DNA of 64,000 nucleotides from Candidatus Marinacidobacterales bacterium (GTDB lineage: Bacteria; Acidobacteriota; Vicinamibacteria; Marinacidobacterales; DATDRI01): assembly GCA_965219415.1 (NCBI GenBank), contig CBDCNP010000002.1, positions 2,144,001 through 2,208,000 on the forward strand, written 5' to 3'. The notes beneath the pieces were generated by a model. It was not told the DNA's origin. It saw only the letters and a list, made by a program, of their open reading frames with translations, and ran no database searches. The translations under genes were made by a program, and so were the position numbers. Of the stretch, positions 1-9,073 are shown in pieces. Within the stretch, counting starts at the first letter, position 1, and every line of letters begins with the position of its first letter.

Positions 1-23
1 TCTAACAAAAATGATCTGGCCGA

Positions 24-845
24 TCAGTTCGTAGGACTCTCCGCCGTTTCCGTCCCGTCGAGGCGAGCGAGAATCAAATCTCGCCGCTTGAGCACCAGCT
101 TCTGATTGTAGCCCCAGATGTATTTCTTGATCGCGTTCTTGATCTCTTTGTCGCTCAGCGAGCGAAGTCGCTCGACGACGTCAGCCCGGTAGCTCGTCGG
201 CCAGCGAACCCGCTCCGCATCGTAGGGAACACACCAGAACTTGGCGTGGGTACCGATCCCGGCACCGTTGAGATCGTTCAACAACCTGCGATAGCCCCGA
301 AACGTCCTGGAGTTATCGATGAGAACCAAACGGTGCTCGGGAGTCATCATCGCGTTGTTCAGATGGCGATCGATGTTGGCGATGAGATCGTCGAAGAGCC
401 ACATCATGCTCACCTGTGCACGCCAGCTCTCTAGGTTCTCGGGAGTCCCTTCAAACTTCTCCATCGTTTCCCCGGTCACCCAGAGCTGGAGACCGCCCTT
501 TCTACCCCCGATGCGCCGAGCCACCGTAGGTGGGACCATCCCCAACTGGAGGAGCTTGTCCAGCTGGTAGGCAGCGACCTCCCCGCGATAGGTATCATGC
601 TCCTTGTCAACCTTCTTGAAGACCGCATAGCGTGTCTCCCCGTTCCACTCCAGGGTGACCTTCTCAGGGTTCGTGACTCCGGTACCCAGCTTTTTGCGGT
701 CTACGACATCGGCTTCCTTTAGAAACTCCTCTAGCTCTTGGGCATCGGGCCACAGCGGGGGAAGGGGAGGCGATTCCTGCCCGCGCGCGGGAGCTACGAA
801 TGCGAAGCTCAGAATCAGGACGAAGTACTCGAGACGATATTTCAC
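24..845 (-). CDS. Secreted atypical kinase-fold protein (PI3/4-kinase/HipA/CotH/Fam20-like)
   Basis: Signal peptide (MKYRLEYFVLILSFAFVAPARG); GTGVT loop, AVFK lysine, EVAAY helix, DRHLNN catalytic loop, LIDNS metal-binding motif. Confidence 0.7.
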   Translation of the reverse strand: MKYRLEYFVLILSFAFVAPARGQESPPLPPLWPDAQELEEFLKEADVVDRKKLGTGVTNPEKVTLEWNGETRYAVFKKVDKEHDTYRGEVAAYQLDKLLQLGMVPPTVARRIGGRKGGLQLWVTGETMEKFEGTPENLESWRAQVSMMWLFDDLIANIDRHLNNAMMTPEHRLVLIDNSRTFRGYRRLLNDLNGAGIGTHAKFWCVPYDAERVRWPTSYRADVVERLRSLSDKEIKNAIKKYIWGYNQKLVLKRRDLILARLDGTETAESPTN

Positions 846-936
846 GGCTTTCTATTAGCATCAGAGCGCGCCCGTTTCAACTGCCCGCATTGCGCCTTGT
901 ATCGAGCTTAATCGATGCATTAAGCTGGGCGGCGTT

Positions 937-3748
937 ATGAGCCTGCCGGCCCTCCTATGGGTACCGCTCGCGACGATCGTTTTCGACCTTCCGCTTCTCG
1001 GCTCCCCACTCACGTCTCCCATACTCGACGAGTTGAAAAACTTGAACGGTGTCGCCGCTATCCAGGCGGACAGTGGCGCTCTCCATTTAGAAGTCGAGGC
1101 GCATGGCTTGGTGCGGCTTTCGGCGATATCGGGAACGATTCGCCGTCATACCGTCAAGACCGAGATCGACTACGACCGCGTCCCTCTCGGCGCGCATACC
1201 ATCTTCGAAATGGATGCGGGTCAATGCTTCAATTGCAGTGAGGGGCCACTGAAGCAGCGACTATCGCGCAAGGATTGGGTCAACCGGTGGTCGGTCGTAG
1301 ACTACGCGGCCAAGGGTCGGCTGCGCTTTCGCATCACGCCCCGGGGTGATGCACAGCTGGCAGCATTAGGAAGACTTCCGTTCGAGGACATTCTCTTCAC
1401 CGCTCGTTACGATACGACCGAGCGGGTGAGTCTCGACTGGCCGACAGGATCGGTCCACTGGCGCAGTAGCGAAGAGGGAGCGAGGTGGGAATCGAGCCGT
1501 TCCTTGAAGCCCCTCCTCGTCTTTCCAACCGCGGGCACGTGAGAGGGCGGCCTCTTCGTGAGAACGGGTCCGTTCTCCGAACCCACAGTGGTCACTCTCA
1601 TCAACCGATACTTCGTGCCGGTGCACGTGGACAACCAAGAATGGTCAGAACCGCGCTACGGGATCAAGCCCGGGGAAGAGAATGCTTACATTATTCTAGA
1701 GACGCCGCCCGGCCAACCCACCGGCCAGCCGGCTCGCCAGAACGACGCGCCCGACGTCGTCTTCCTCAAGACACTGAGCCAAGTACTCGAGCCCGAGAAT
1801 ACGCGAGCTACCCTCAGAAGGTGTGGAAATAAAGTAAAGGCGGAGTAACCTTCCGCGTCACGAAACACGGCGTGAAGGGGCCAACGGAAGGAGACACCGC
1901 CATGAAGGAAAAGACCACAAGACGACGGAGCTCGTCAAGGGTGGCTTGGGAGTCGCTGGAGAAGTGGGCGAGGCTCGAGATCCAGGATTGGGTGCAGGAG
2001 CTGATGGTAGCCGAAGTCACGGAGCTTCTCGGGCGTGAGAAATCGGAGAGACGGAAGCCCGTGGACACAACGGCGGGCTATCGAAATGGATACGGTAAGC
2101 CTCGGAAGCTGACGATGAGCGTGGGCACGGTGACGGTTCGCCGGCCGAGAGTACGGGACGTGGAGGAGAGGTTCGAAAGTCGAGTGCTTCCGCTGTTCAA
2201 GCGTCGGAGCGAAACGGTGAGCGAGTTGATTCCGGAGCTGTACCTGCATGGATTAGCTCACGGAGATTTCGATCTGGCGCTCCGCGGGCTTCTAGGGGAG
2301 GACGCTCCACTTTCTCCCAGCACGGTGTCGCGGCTGAAACAGAAATGGCAGGGAGAGTACGAGCAGTGGCTAGCTCGCCCACTGGATGAACTCGAGCTCG
2401 TGTCCCTGTGGGTAGATGGCGTGTACGTGAAGGCCGGCCTTGAGAAGGACAAGGCGGCGGTGCTAGTTGCGGTTGGTGGCCTGTCCGACGGGACGAAAAT
2501 CGTCCTGACGCTGGAGGCCGGGCATCGAGAATCCGAAGCGTCATGGTCGTCGCTGCTACGGAGACTGAAGAAGCGCGGTCTGAGATGTCCCCGTTTGGTG
2601 ATCGGTGACGGTCATCTCGGCATCTGGGCCGCGACCCGAAACGTATTTCCAGAAGCTGAGGAGCAGCGGTGCTGGAACCACCGAATCCTCAACGTACTGG
2701 ACCGGATTCCGAAAAGGGACCAGGCGCAGGCCAAGCCGCTGTTGACGGCGATCCCCTACCCCACCAGCCTGCAGGAGTGCGAGACGAAGAAGGCCAAGTT
2801 CCAGGATTGGTGCTTGCGCAAGGGTCTTCCGGGGGCCGCGCACGTGCTCGACGAGGACTGGGAGCGGATGGTCAGCTTCTATTCCTTTCCCAAGCCTCAC
2901 TGGCAACACCTTCGCACGAGCAACGTCGTGGAGTCACCGGTTCGCTGTACTGAGATTGAGAACGGATGCGGCCAAAAGGTTCAAGAAAATCGAGTCCGCC
3001 ACTGCGACAATCTTCAAACTGCTTCTGGTTGCGGAGAAGAATTTTCGCCGGCTCAACGCACCGGAGCTGATGCGAGAGGTTCACCTGGGCGTTCGATTTG
3101 AAGATGGAGACAGGGTAACGGAGTCGTCGAAGGTTGCTGCTGCCTGAACTTTTTTACACACCTATTGACAAGAGCTCGAATACGCTCGCCGCACTCCTTG
3201 CGTTCTTGGAAAAACATCCCGAGTTCCACCAACCGTGGCCGGAGCTCGAGGGGCTCGATAGAGACTCGGATCCGTCCTCGCGCACCAGGCGCGCGGAGCT
3301 TCTTTTGGAAGAGGGTAAGGCCGAGCAGGCGCTCGAGCTATTGAGGGCGCCAGGTCTACCCGAGCGAGCGGTTCTAGTTCGTGCGCGCGCCTATCATCGC
3401 TTGAAGCGCCTTGATGAGGCCGCGGCCGAGCTCGACCGTGCGCCCGATTCACTCGAGGTATCGCTCGAGGAGATTCGACTCGCTTACGATCGAGGGCAGC
3501 GCAAAGAGGCGGCGGATGCGCTCGACGAGCTCTTGTCCCAACATGGCAGCAATCTGAAAGCGGCAGAGGCCTATTACCTTCGCGGTTGGCTCTACCACCT
3601 CGAAGGCGACGACGCTCGGGCCATAGACGTGTGGTCCGACGGGATCGAACGGCACCCGCCGACGTCTTCGCTTTTCAGCCAGAAGGCCTACCTCACGCTC
3701 ATCCGGGCAAACTGGGAGCCCCCGGACAGCGTCGACCAACCACGCTAG
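937..3748 (+). CDS. Putative selenoprotein (CxxC/HMA-like + Sec thioredoxin-like + TPR), interrupted by IS256; join(937..1804,3186..3748), UGA at 1540..1542
   Basis: ORFs 937..1542 and 1558..1848 share a frame separated only by TGA, in Trx-like context KPLLVFPTAGT-U-EGGLFVRTGPFSEPTVVTLINRYFVPVHVD; after IS excision LEPENT joins LAALLAFLEKHPEF and the TPR helices of ORF 3134..3748. Confidence 0.8.
1555..1581 (+). promoter_or_regulatory. Candidate bacterial SECIS hairpin
   Basis: TTCG-T(bulge)-GAGAACG-GGTC-CGTTCTC-CGAA; GGUC loop about 25 nt after the UGA, resembling the E. coli fdhF SECIS. Confidence 0.72.
1805..3177 (+). mobile_element. IS256-family insertion sequence (1373 bp)
   Basis: Imperfect terminal IRs GAGCTACCCTCAGAAGGTGTGGAAATAAAGT / rc GAGCTCTTGTCAATAGGTGTGTAAAAAAGT; 8-bp TSD GAATACGC at 1797..1804 and 3178..3185. 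Confidence 0.93.
1902..3147 (+). pseudogene. IS256-family DDE transposase, +1 frameshift near 2940
   Basis: YRNGY, WVDG, IGDG, QRCWNH and RTSNVVES motifs; C-terminus (RTDAAKRFKK...) in another frame after an extra G. Confidence 0.88.
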
Positions 3749-3756
3749 AAAGTTTG

Positions 3757-3778
3757 ACGTGGGGCTTTCCCCACGTTT
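3757..3778 (+). terminator. Hairpin, possible intrinsic terminator
   Basis: ACGTGGGG-CTTT-CCCCACGT just after the stop at 3748; weak U tract. Confidence 0.45.
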
Positions 3779-3937
3779 AGCGAGTGTTGCAGATCACCGC
3801 GTATCACCCCTGCTTCGCGCTACACTTCCCTCCGTCCGCGCCGACTCTGGTTCTCGTCTCACGACTCGGGGCTTCCCGAGTGCCAGAGATTTTGCAATGA
3901 AGCTCCCTAGCAAGAGAGACCCAGAACAGAGGAGACT

Positions 3938-4741
3938 ATGAGAACTACATTCACGTGGATGGCGACCGCTCTGGGAGTGCTTTTCCTGGCGGTGATGCTG
4001 GTTCCAGCTTGCAGCGACAGCGATGACAATCCAATACCCACGGGATCTTCGGCCATCTCGCCGTCGTCGAGCCCGGGGCTGGTGTCGACGAGCGCAGTTC
4101 CTCAACGAGATAGCGACAGCGAAAGTGACGATAGTGAGAGCGACGACTCCGAGGGTGAGGACAGTGAAAGCGACGACTCCGCAAGCGAGGACGATGACAG
4201 TAGCGACGACCTCAGCGGCGACGGCGGTCTCGCGGACGGCGCTCTCGGGGGCGACGACCTTGATGACAATGAAAGTCGCGTCCGCGATGTCCTCTTGTCG
4301 GCCGATGCCTGCCCCGGCTCTTTCACCGTTGGAGGCACGGTAGTCAACACCACAGCGGAAACGCGGTCCGACTGCGAGCCCGGCTGTGATGGTCACTTCG
4401 AGCGTCTCACCCCGGATCAGTTTTGCCCGTTCCTCGTGGCGGGGCTTCCCATCCGGGCCCGGGGGACCAACGACGCCGGTACCCTGAACGCTTCCCGGGT
4501 TCGAATCGACGATGAGATAAAAGTGACCGGTACCATCTCCGTCGGTAGTGCCGCGTTGGCACCCGGCACGCCGTTCACATTATCGGTTCTCGGCTTGGGC
4601 GACTTGCAATTCGTCGTGGCGCCGGGTGCGTTGATCGAGACCTTTGCTGCAGGAAGCACCGTCCGTGTGGAGGGCGTGGTTCCACCCTTGACCGCCGGGG
4701 GCGGATTGCCAACTTTCGGCGCCACCGAGATACAAAACTAG
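3938..4741 (+). CDS. Lipoprotein with Asp/Ser/Glu-rich repeat and DUF5666-like beta domains
   Basis: RBS GGAG; lipobox-like VPAC; DSESD repeats; VRVEG/IRARG strands typical of DUF5666. Confidence 0.6.
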   Translation: MRTTFTWMATALGVLFLAVMLVPACSDSDDNPIPTGSSAISPSSSPGLVSTSAVPQRDSDSESDDSESDDSEGEDSESDDSASEDDDSSDDLSGDGGLADGALGGDDLDDNESRVRDVLLSADACPGSFTVGGTVVNTTAETRSDCEPGCDGHFERLTPDQFCPFLVAGLPIRARGTNDAGTLNASRVRIDDEIKVTGTISVGSAALAPGTPFTLSVLGLGDLQFVVAPGALIETFAAGSTVRVEGVVPPLTAGGGLPTFGATEIQN

Positions 4742-4764
4742 CCTTCCTCGGATCAAAGCAGTAG

Positions 4765-4798
4765 GAGTTGGGGAGGCGGACCGTCGCTTCCCCAACTC
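4765..4798. terminator. 14-bp stem-loop after the lipoprotein gene
   Basis: GAGTTGGGGAGGCG-GACCGT-CGCTTCCCCAACTC. Confidence 0.5.
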
Positions 4799-4864
4799 TC
4801 CTTCATTTCTGGACAACCCAGACAACACACCGTATAAGCTTTCCCCTTGCGGAGGTGTGAACCC

Positions 4865-5638
4865 ATGAACAAAGCAACCCCGGTCGCTTGCGATCGCTTG
4901 GAAACCGGCGCCTATTGGCGCGTCTTCCTGGATCGTCCCGAGGGCAACATTCTGGACGGCGAGATGTTCGAGGCACTGGAGACGGTCTTTCGGCAGGCAA
5001 GTAAGGACAAAAACCTCAAGGCACTTTGCATCGAAGGGCGCGGAAACCATTTCTCTTTCGGATCCAGCATTCAAGAGCACCTGCCCGGGCACGCCGAGAA
5101 CATGCTTCGCGGCTTCCATAGAATGCTCGAAACCATGTTCGACGGCTCCTATATCGTCCTCGCGGCAGTGCGGGGGCACTGCCTCGGAGGGGGGCTGGAG
5201 TTGGTGAGCTGTTGCCATCGTGTCTTCGCGTCGAGCAACGCGCGGTTGGGGCAACCCGACATCATGCTCGGCGTCTTTCCACCGGTGGCGTCGGTCATTC
5301 TTCCCGAGCGAGTGGGTCGGGCGAACGCGGAAGAGCTGTGCCTTTCTGGGAGGAGTGTCACCGGCGAGGAAGGACTCTCGATGGGCTTAGTTGATGTCGT
5401 CGCCGATGATCCGAGTGACACCGCGTTGGCCTATGCCAAGGAACACTTGCTCCCTCACTCAGCGTCGAGCCTACGATACGCGGTTCGCGCGACCCGGCAC
5501 GGCCGAAGGGAGCGGTTCTTAGCCGAGGTCGGCAAGGTCGAGCGGATTTACCTCGACGAGTTAATGAAAACACACGATGCAGTGGAAGGACTAGAAGCCT
5601 TTATCGAAAAGCGTCCTCCCCAGTGGAAAAACGCTTGA
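4865..5638 (+). CDS. dch: Cyclohexa-1,5-diene-1-carbonyl-CoA hydratase-like crotonase
   Basis: HFSFGSSIQEHLP, VRGHCLGGGLE, SASSLRYAVRA and LYLDELMKTHDAVEGLEAF resemble Thauera-type Dch. Confidence 0.75.
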   Translation: MNKATPVACDRLETGAYWRVFLDRPEGNILDGEMFEALETVFRQASKDKNLKALCIEGRGNHFSFGSSIQEHLPGHAENMLRGFHRMLETMFDGSYIVLAAVRGHCLGGGLELVSCCHRVFASSNARLGQPDIMLGVFPPVASVILPERVGRANAEELCLSGRSVTGEEGLSMGLVDVVADDPSDTALAYAKEHLLPHSASSLRYAVRATRHGRRERFLAEVGKVERIYLDELMKTHDAVEGLEAFIEKRPPQWKNA

Positions 5639-5650
5639 GCCCGAGAACGT

Positions 5651-8600
5651 TTACTTATAAACAACGCCTCCCTTGATCACCCGAGACACCCGATATTGAA
5701 GGAGAGAAATATCGTCGAGCGGATTCCCGTCCACCACGATGATGTCGGCCAGCTTGCCGACGGCGATGGTCCCCAAACGATCGTCGACGCCCTGCATTTG
5801 GGCGGGCCGCAGCGTGGCCGACTGGATGGCTTGCTTCGGGGATACTACGATCGCGGGTGTCCCGTGTTCTTCGAAGAGCGCGTTGAACCGAGCCAAGTCT
5901 TGTTCCATTAGCTCCGTCATCTCTGTCTGAAGTGCCTCCCACTGAGCCTGGAGTTCGTCGAAACGTTTCGTCGCGCTCTCCGTGGGCGGCGCATCGGCAC
6001 TGGCCACCGCACCTTTCAGAAAAAGGAACTGCTCGTTCAGCATGGTCGGGAAGTTGACGGCGTCCATGATCGTTTCGAGCCGTGGCTGCATGAGCCTCGT
6101 CTCTAGCTGCAAGAGTTTCTCGGACAAACTCTCGCCGGCTTCCGCGATCTCGCTTTCACCTTCGAGCCCCTTGGTCGAAGCGACACGAGCCTCAACCTGC
6201 TCACGTAATTGCTGAAGTAGGATGACCGACTTATGGACGGCGTTGATCGATTCCCGGATTCGGCCTAGAAACGCCGCCTGTTCTTCGAGCTCGGCATCCG
6301 TCGCTGTCACGCGGGGGTCCTTGAGGACTTGGAGCGACTCGGTCAGCACTTCATCGCCGACCGTCAAGCGAACCTCATATTTTCCCGGTGGGACGCGGTA
6401 GCCGGGGACGGTTCCGAAGAAATCCGCGGCAAGGAAAGTGCCCGGCACCCGATCGATATCTTCACGCCTTAAATCCCAGACCAAGCGAGTCAAACCAGCC
6501 TCGGTGGGAGTCGAATTCAAGGTTCGAATCACCGTTCCGCTCTCGTCTCGGAACTCGGTTCGAACCGGTTCTTCCGGCGCGTCTGACAAATAGTAATAAG
6601 CGATGGCCCCCGCGGGAGCATTCTCACCCTCACCGGGTCTCGCCCTCGAGCTTCCCTTCGTACGATAGCTATCTCGCGGGCGGAATAAGAAAACTCCCGT
6701 ATCCCGAGTGACGGAGCCCATCTGCTGCAGCGGCGAGAGATCATCGAGAATCCAAAAGCCGCGCCCCTCGGTCGAGGCGACGAGGTCGTTGTGGCGAACG
6801 ACCAGGTCGGTAACCGGTACCGAGGGGAGATTGAGTTTGAGGCCTTGCCAGAGAGCACCGTCGTTGAACGAAACGTAAACACCGCTTTGGGTTCCCGCGT
6901 ACAGAAGTCCTTTTCGGCCCGGGTCCTCCCGAACCACACGCACCGAGTCACCACTGGGCAGACCTCGGGTGAGGGATCGCCAAGTCCCTCCGTAATCGCT
7001 AGTCTTATAGATATGGGGTTCGAAGTCGTTGCTAACGAACCCCGTCGCCACAATATAGGCAGTCGCCGGATCGTGTGGCGATACATCGATGGCGTTGACC
7101 CTCGTTTCCCCGACCCCCGGCGGGGTGACGTTCTGCCAACTCGCACCTCCGTCCCGAGTGATCTGCACGGTTCCGTCATCTACTCCGACCCATAGCGTGC
7201 CGGCTTCGTGCGGAGATTCCACCAAGTAAGTGATGGTGTTGTAGTACTCGCCACCGGCGGCTTCGCCCATGATGGGGCCGCCACCGGCGCCATGCTTGTC
7301 CACTTCGTTCCTTGTCAGATCGGGACTGATCTCCTCCCAGCTCTGCCCCCCATCCGTCGTTTTCAAAACCAGCTGCGCCGCGTGATAGATCGTTTTGTAG
7401 TCGTGCGGGGACGCAACGATGGGCGCGTTCCAATTGAACCGGTAGCGCAGATCCTCGGTATCCAAACCGAGTCCTTGCACGGGAATGGCCATGATGTTTT
7501 TCGCCTGTCCGCTGCGACGGTCGTACTCGGTGATCTGATTCATGTTCGCGCCCGCGTAAATGAGGGTCGGATCGTCCGGATCGAGAGCCACGAAGCCGCT
7601 TTCGCCTCCCCCTACGGTGTGCCAATCTTGCCTCGCGATCCCGGTACCCGATGTCCGGCTCGGGACCGCCGCACATCCGGTGAAGTCCTGCTGGCAGCCA
7701 TAGACCCAGTAGGGGAACCGATTGTCGGTGGTGACGCGATAGAACTGGGCCGTCGGTTGATTGTCTTGAGGTCCCCAGGTTCGCCCCCCATTGAAAGTAA
7801 CGTTGGCGCCTCCGTCGTTGCCGTTGATCATCCACCCGTTCTGAAGCGGGTGAATCCAGAGATCGTGGTTGTCGCCGTGCGGGGTGGGTACGTTCTCGAA
7901 ACTCTTGCCGCCGTCGGTGGAACGCAGCATCTGCATGTTGAGGACATAGACCGTATCGGGGTCGACGGGATCGGCGTAGACGCGCATGAAGTACCAGGAG
8001 CGGGCAAAGAGGACGCGCTCGGAGTTGACGCGACGCCAATTCACGCCCGCGTCGTCGGAGCGATAGAGTCCGCCCTCGTCGGCTTCTACGATCGCCCATA
8101 CTCTCTCCGAATCGGCGGGCGAGACGGCGACGCCCATCTTCCCCAGAGTACCTTCGGGCAATCCTTCGGTAAGCTCCTCCCAGTTCTCACCTCCATCCGA
8201 AGTCTTGTAGAGACCACTCCCCGGCCCGCCGCTGGTAACCTTCCAGGGCTGCCTTTGATACTCCCACATGGCAGCGTAGAGGATTCGCGGGTTGCTGGGA
8301 TCCATACTCAGATCCACCGCTCCCGTTTTGTCGTCGACGAAAAGAATCCGCTTCCAGCTCTCCCCACCGTCTTCGGATCGATAGACCCCCCGCTCTTCGC
8401 TGGGTCCCCAGGGACTCCCTTGAGAAGCCACGTACACCAGATCGGGATTTTTGGGGTGAATGCGAATTCTCGGAACGCGTCGACTGGACGTAAGACCTCG
8501 ATGCTCCCACGTTTTTCCACCGTCAGTAGATTTGTAGACGCCGTCTCCATCGGACGAGGCCTGGCCTCGCGGCGGCCCCTCCCCCATCCCCACGTAGATG

Positions 8601-8905
8601 ACGTTGGGATCGGATACGGCAACGGCAATCGCCCCGACCGAGCCGGACGCGAATTGGCCGTCGGAAATGGCGTTCCATGTCATGCCAGCATCTTCCGTTT
8701 TCCAGAGGCCGCCGCCCGCGGCGCCTGAAAAGAAGGAATGGATCTGACCAGGGACACCGGTGACCGCGGTGACCCGGCCGCCTCGAAACGGCCCGATGTG
8801 CCGCCACTTCATCGCCTGTTCGAGATTGAGATCAACGTGTTGCCCGTAGGCGTGTCCCCCGTACACGGTCAGAACTAAGATGAGCGTACCGATGAGCCTC
8901 TTCAT
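5651..8905 (-). CDS. VPS10/sortilin-like BNR-repeat glycosyl hydrolase with a fused C-terminal amidohydrolase fragment
   Basis: GGAGG RBS before MKRLIGTLIL signal peptide; WRHIGPFRGGRV; many S/TxDGGxxW Asp-boxes. Confidence 0.85.
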   Translation of the reverse strand: MKRLIGTLILVLTVYGGHAYGQHVDLNLEQAMKWRHIGPFRGGRVTAVTGVPGQIHSFFSGAAGGGLWKTEDAGMTWNAISDGQFASGSVGAIAVAVSDPNVIYVGMGEGPPRGQASSDGDGVYKSTDGGKTWEHRGLTSSRRVPRIRIHPKNPDLVYVASQGSPWGPSEERGVYRSEDGGESWKRILFVDDKTGAVDLSMDPSNPRILYAAMWEYQRQPWKVTSGGPGSGLYKTSDGGENWEELTEGLPEGTLGKMGVAVSPADSERVWAIVEADEGGLYRSDDAGVNWRRVNSERVLFARSWYFMRVYADPVDPDTVYVLNMQMLRSTDGGKSFENVPTPHGDNHDLWIHPLQNGWMINGNDGGANVTFNGGRTWGPQDNQPTAQFYRVTTDNRFPYWVYGCQQDFTGCAAVPSRTSGTGIARQDWHTVGGGESGFVALDPDDPTLIYAGANMNQITEYDRRSGQAKNIMAIPVQGLGLDTEDLRYRFNWNAPIVASPHDYKTIYHAAQLVLKTTDGGQSWEEISPDLTRNEVDKHGAGGGPIMGEAAGGEYYNTITYLVESPHEAGTLWVGVDDGTVQITRDGGASWQNVTPPGVGETRVNAIDVSPHDPATAYIVATGFVSNDFEPHIYKTSDYGGTWRSLTRGLPSGDSVRVVREDPGRKGLLYAGTQSGVYVSFNDGALWQGLKLNLPSVPVTDLVVRHNDLVASTEGRGFWILDDLSPLQQMGSVTRDTGVFLFRPRDSYRTKGSSRARPGEGENAPAGAIAYYYLSDAPEEPVRTEFRDESGTVIRTLNSTPTEAGLTRLVWDLRREDIDRVPGTFLAADFFGTVPGYRVPPGKYEVRLTVGDEVLTESLQVLKDPRVTATDAELEEQAAFLGRIRESINAVHKSVILLQQLREQVEARVASTKGLEGESEIAEAGESLSEKLLQLETRLMQPRLETIMDAVNFPTMLNEQFLFLKGAVASADAPPTESATKRFDELQAQWEALQTEMTELMEQDLARFNALFEEHGTPAIVVSPKQAIQSATLRPAQMQGVDDRLGTIAVGKLADIIVVDGNPLDDISLLQYRVSRVIKGGVVYK

Positions 8906-9073
8906 TCTTTCCTCCGACATGGACCAAACCCTCCGCTCGCCCACGAAGAATATCAATAAGATGGCAAACCTGCCGCTCGATGATGGCAAACTTACCGCTC
9001 GATGCTGAGCGACAGTGCGGCTCGATTCGTGGTACAAACATTCCCCTATTTTCTTGTTTCGAAGGAGTCAGTG

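Noticed and set aside
1540-1542. UGA as Trp/Gly (alternative genetic code) or a simple nonsense mutation
   Set aside because: TGA ends many ordinary genes here; its position at the catalytic Cys site plus the SECIS-like hairpin favours Sec, though nonsense is not fully excluded
3134-3185. Independent start for the TPR ORF
   Set aside because: The first codons lie within the IS256 right end; the ORF is the 3' part of the interrupted gene
7208-8728. 506-aa plus-strand ORF and similar long antisense ORFs
   Set aside because: Shadow frames of well-supported opposite-strand genes in GC-rich DNA; no motifs
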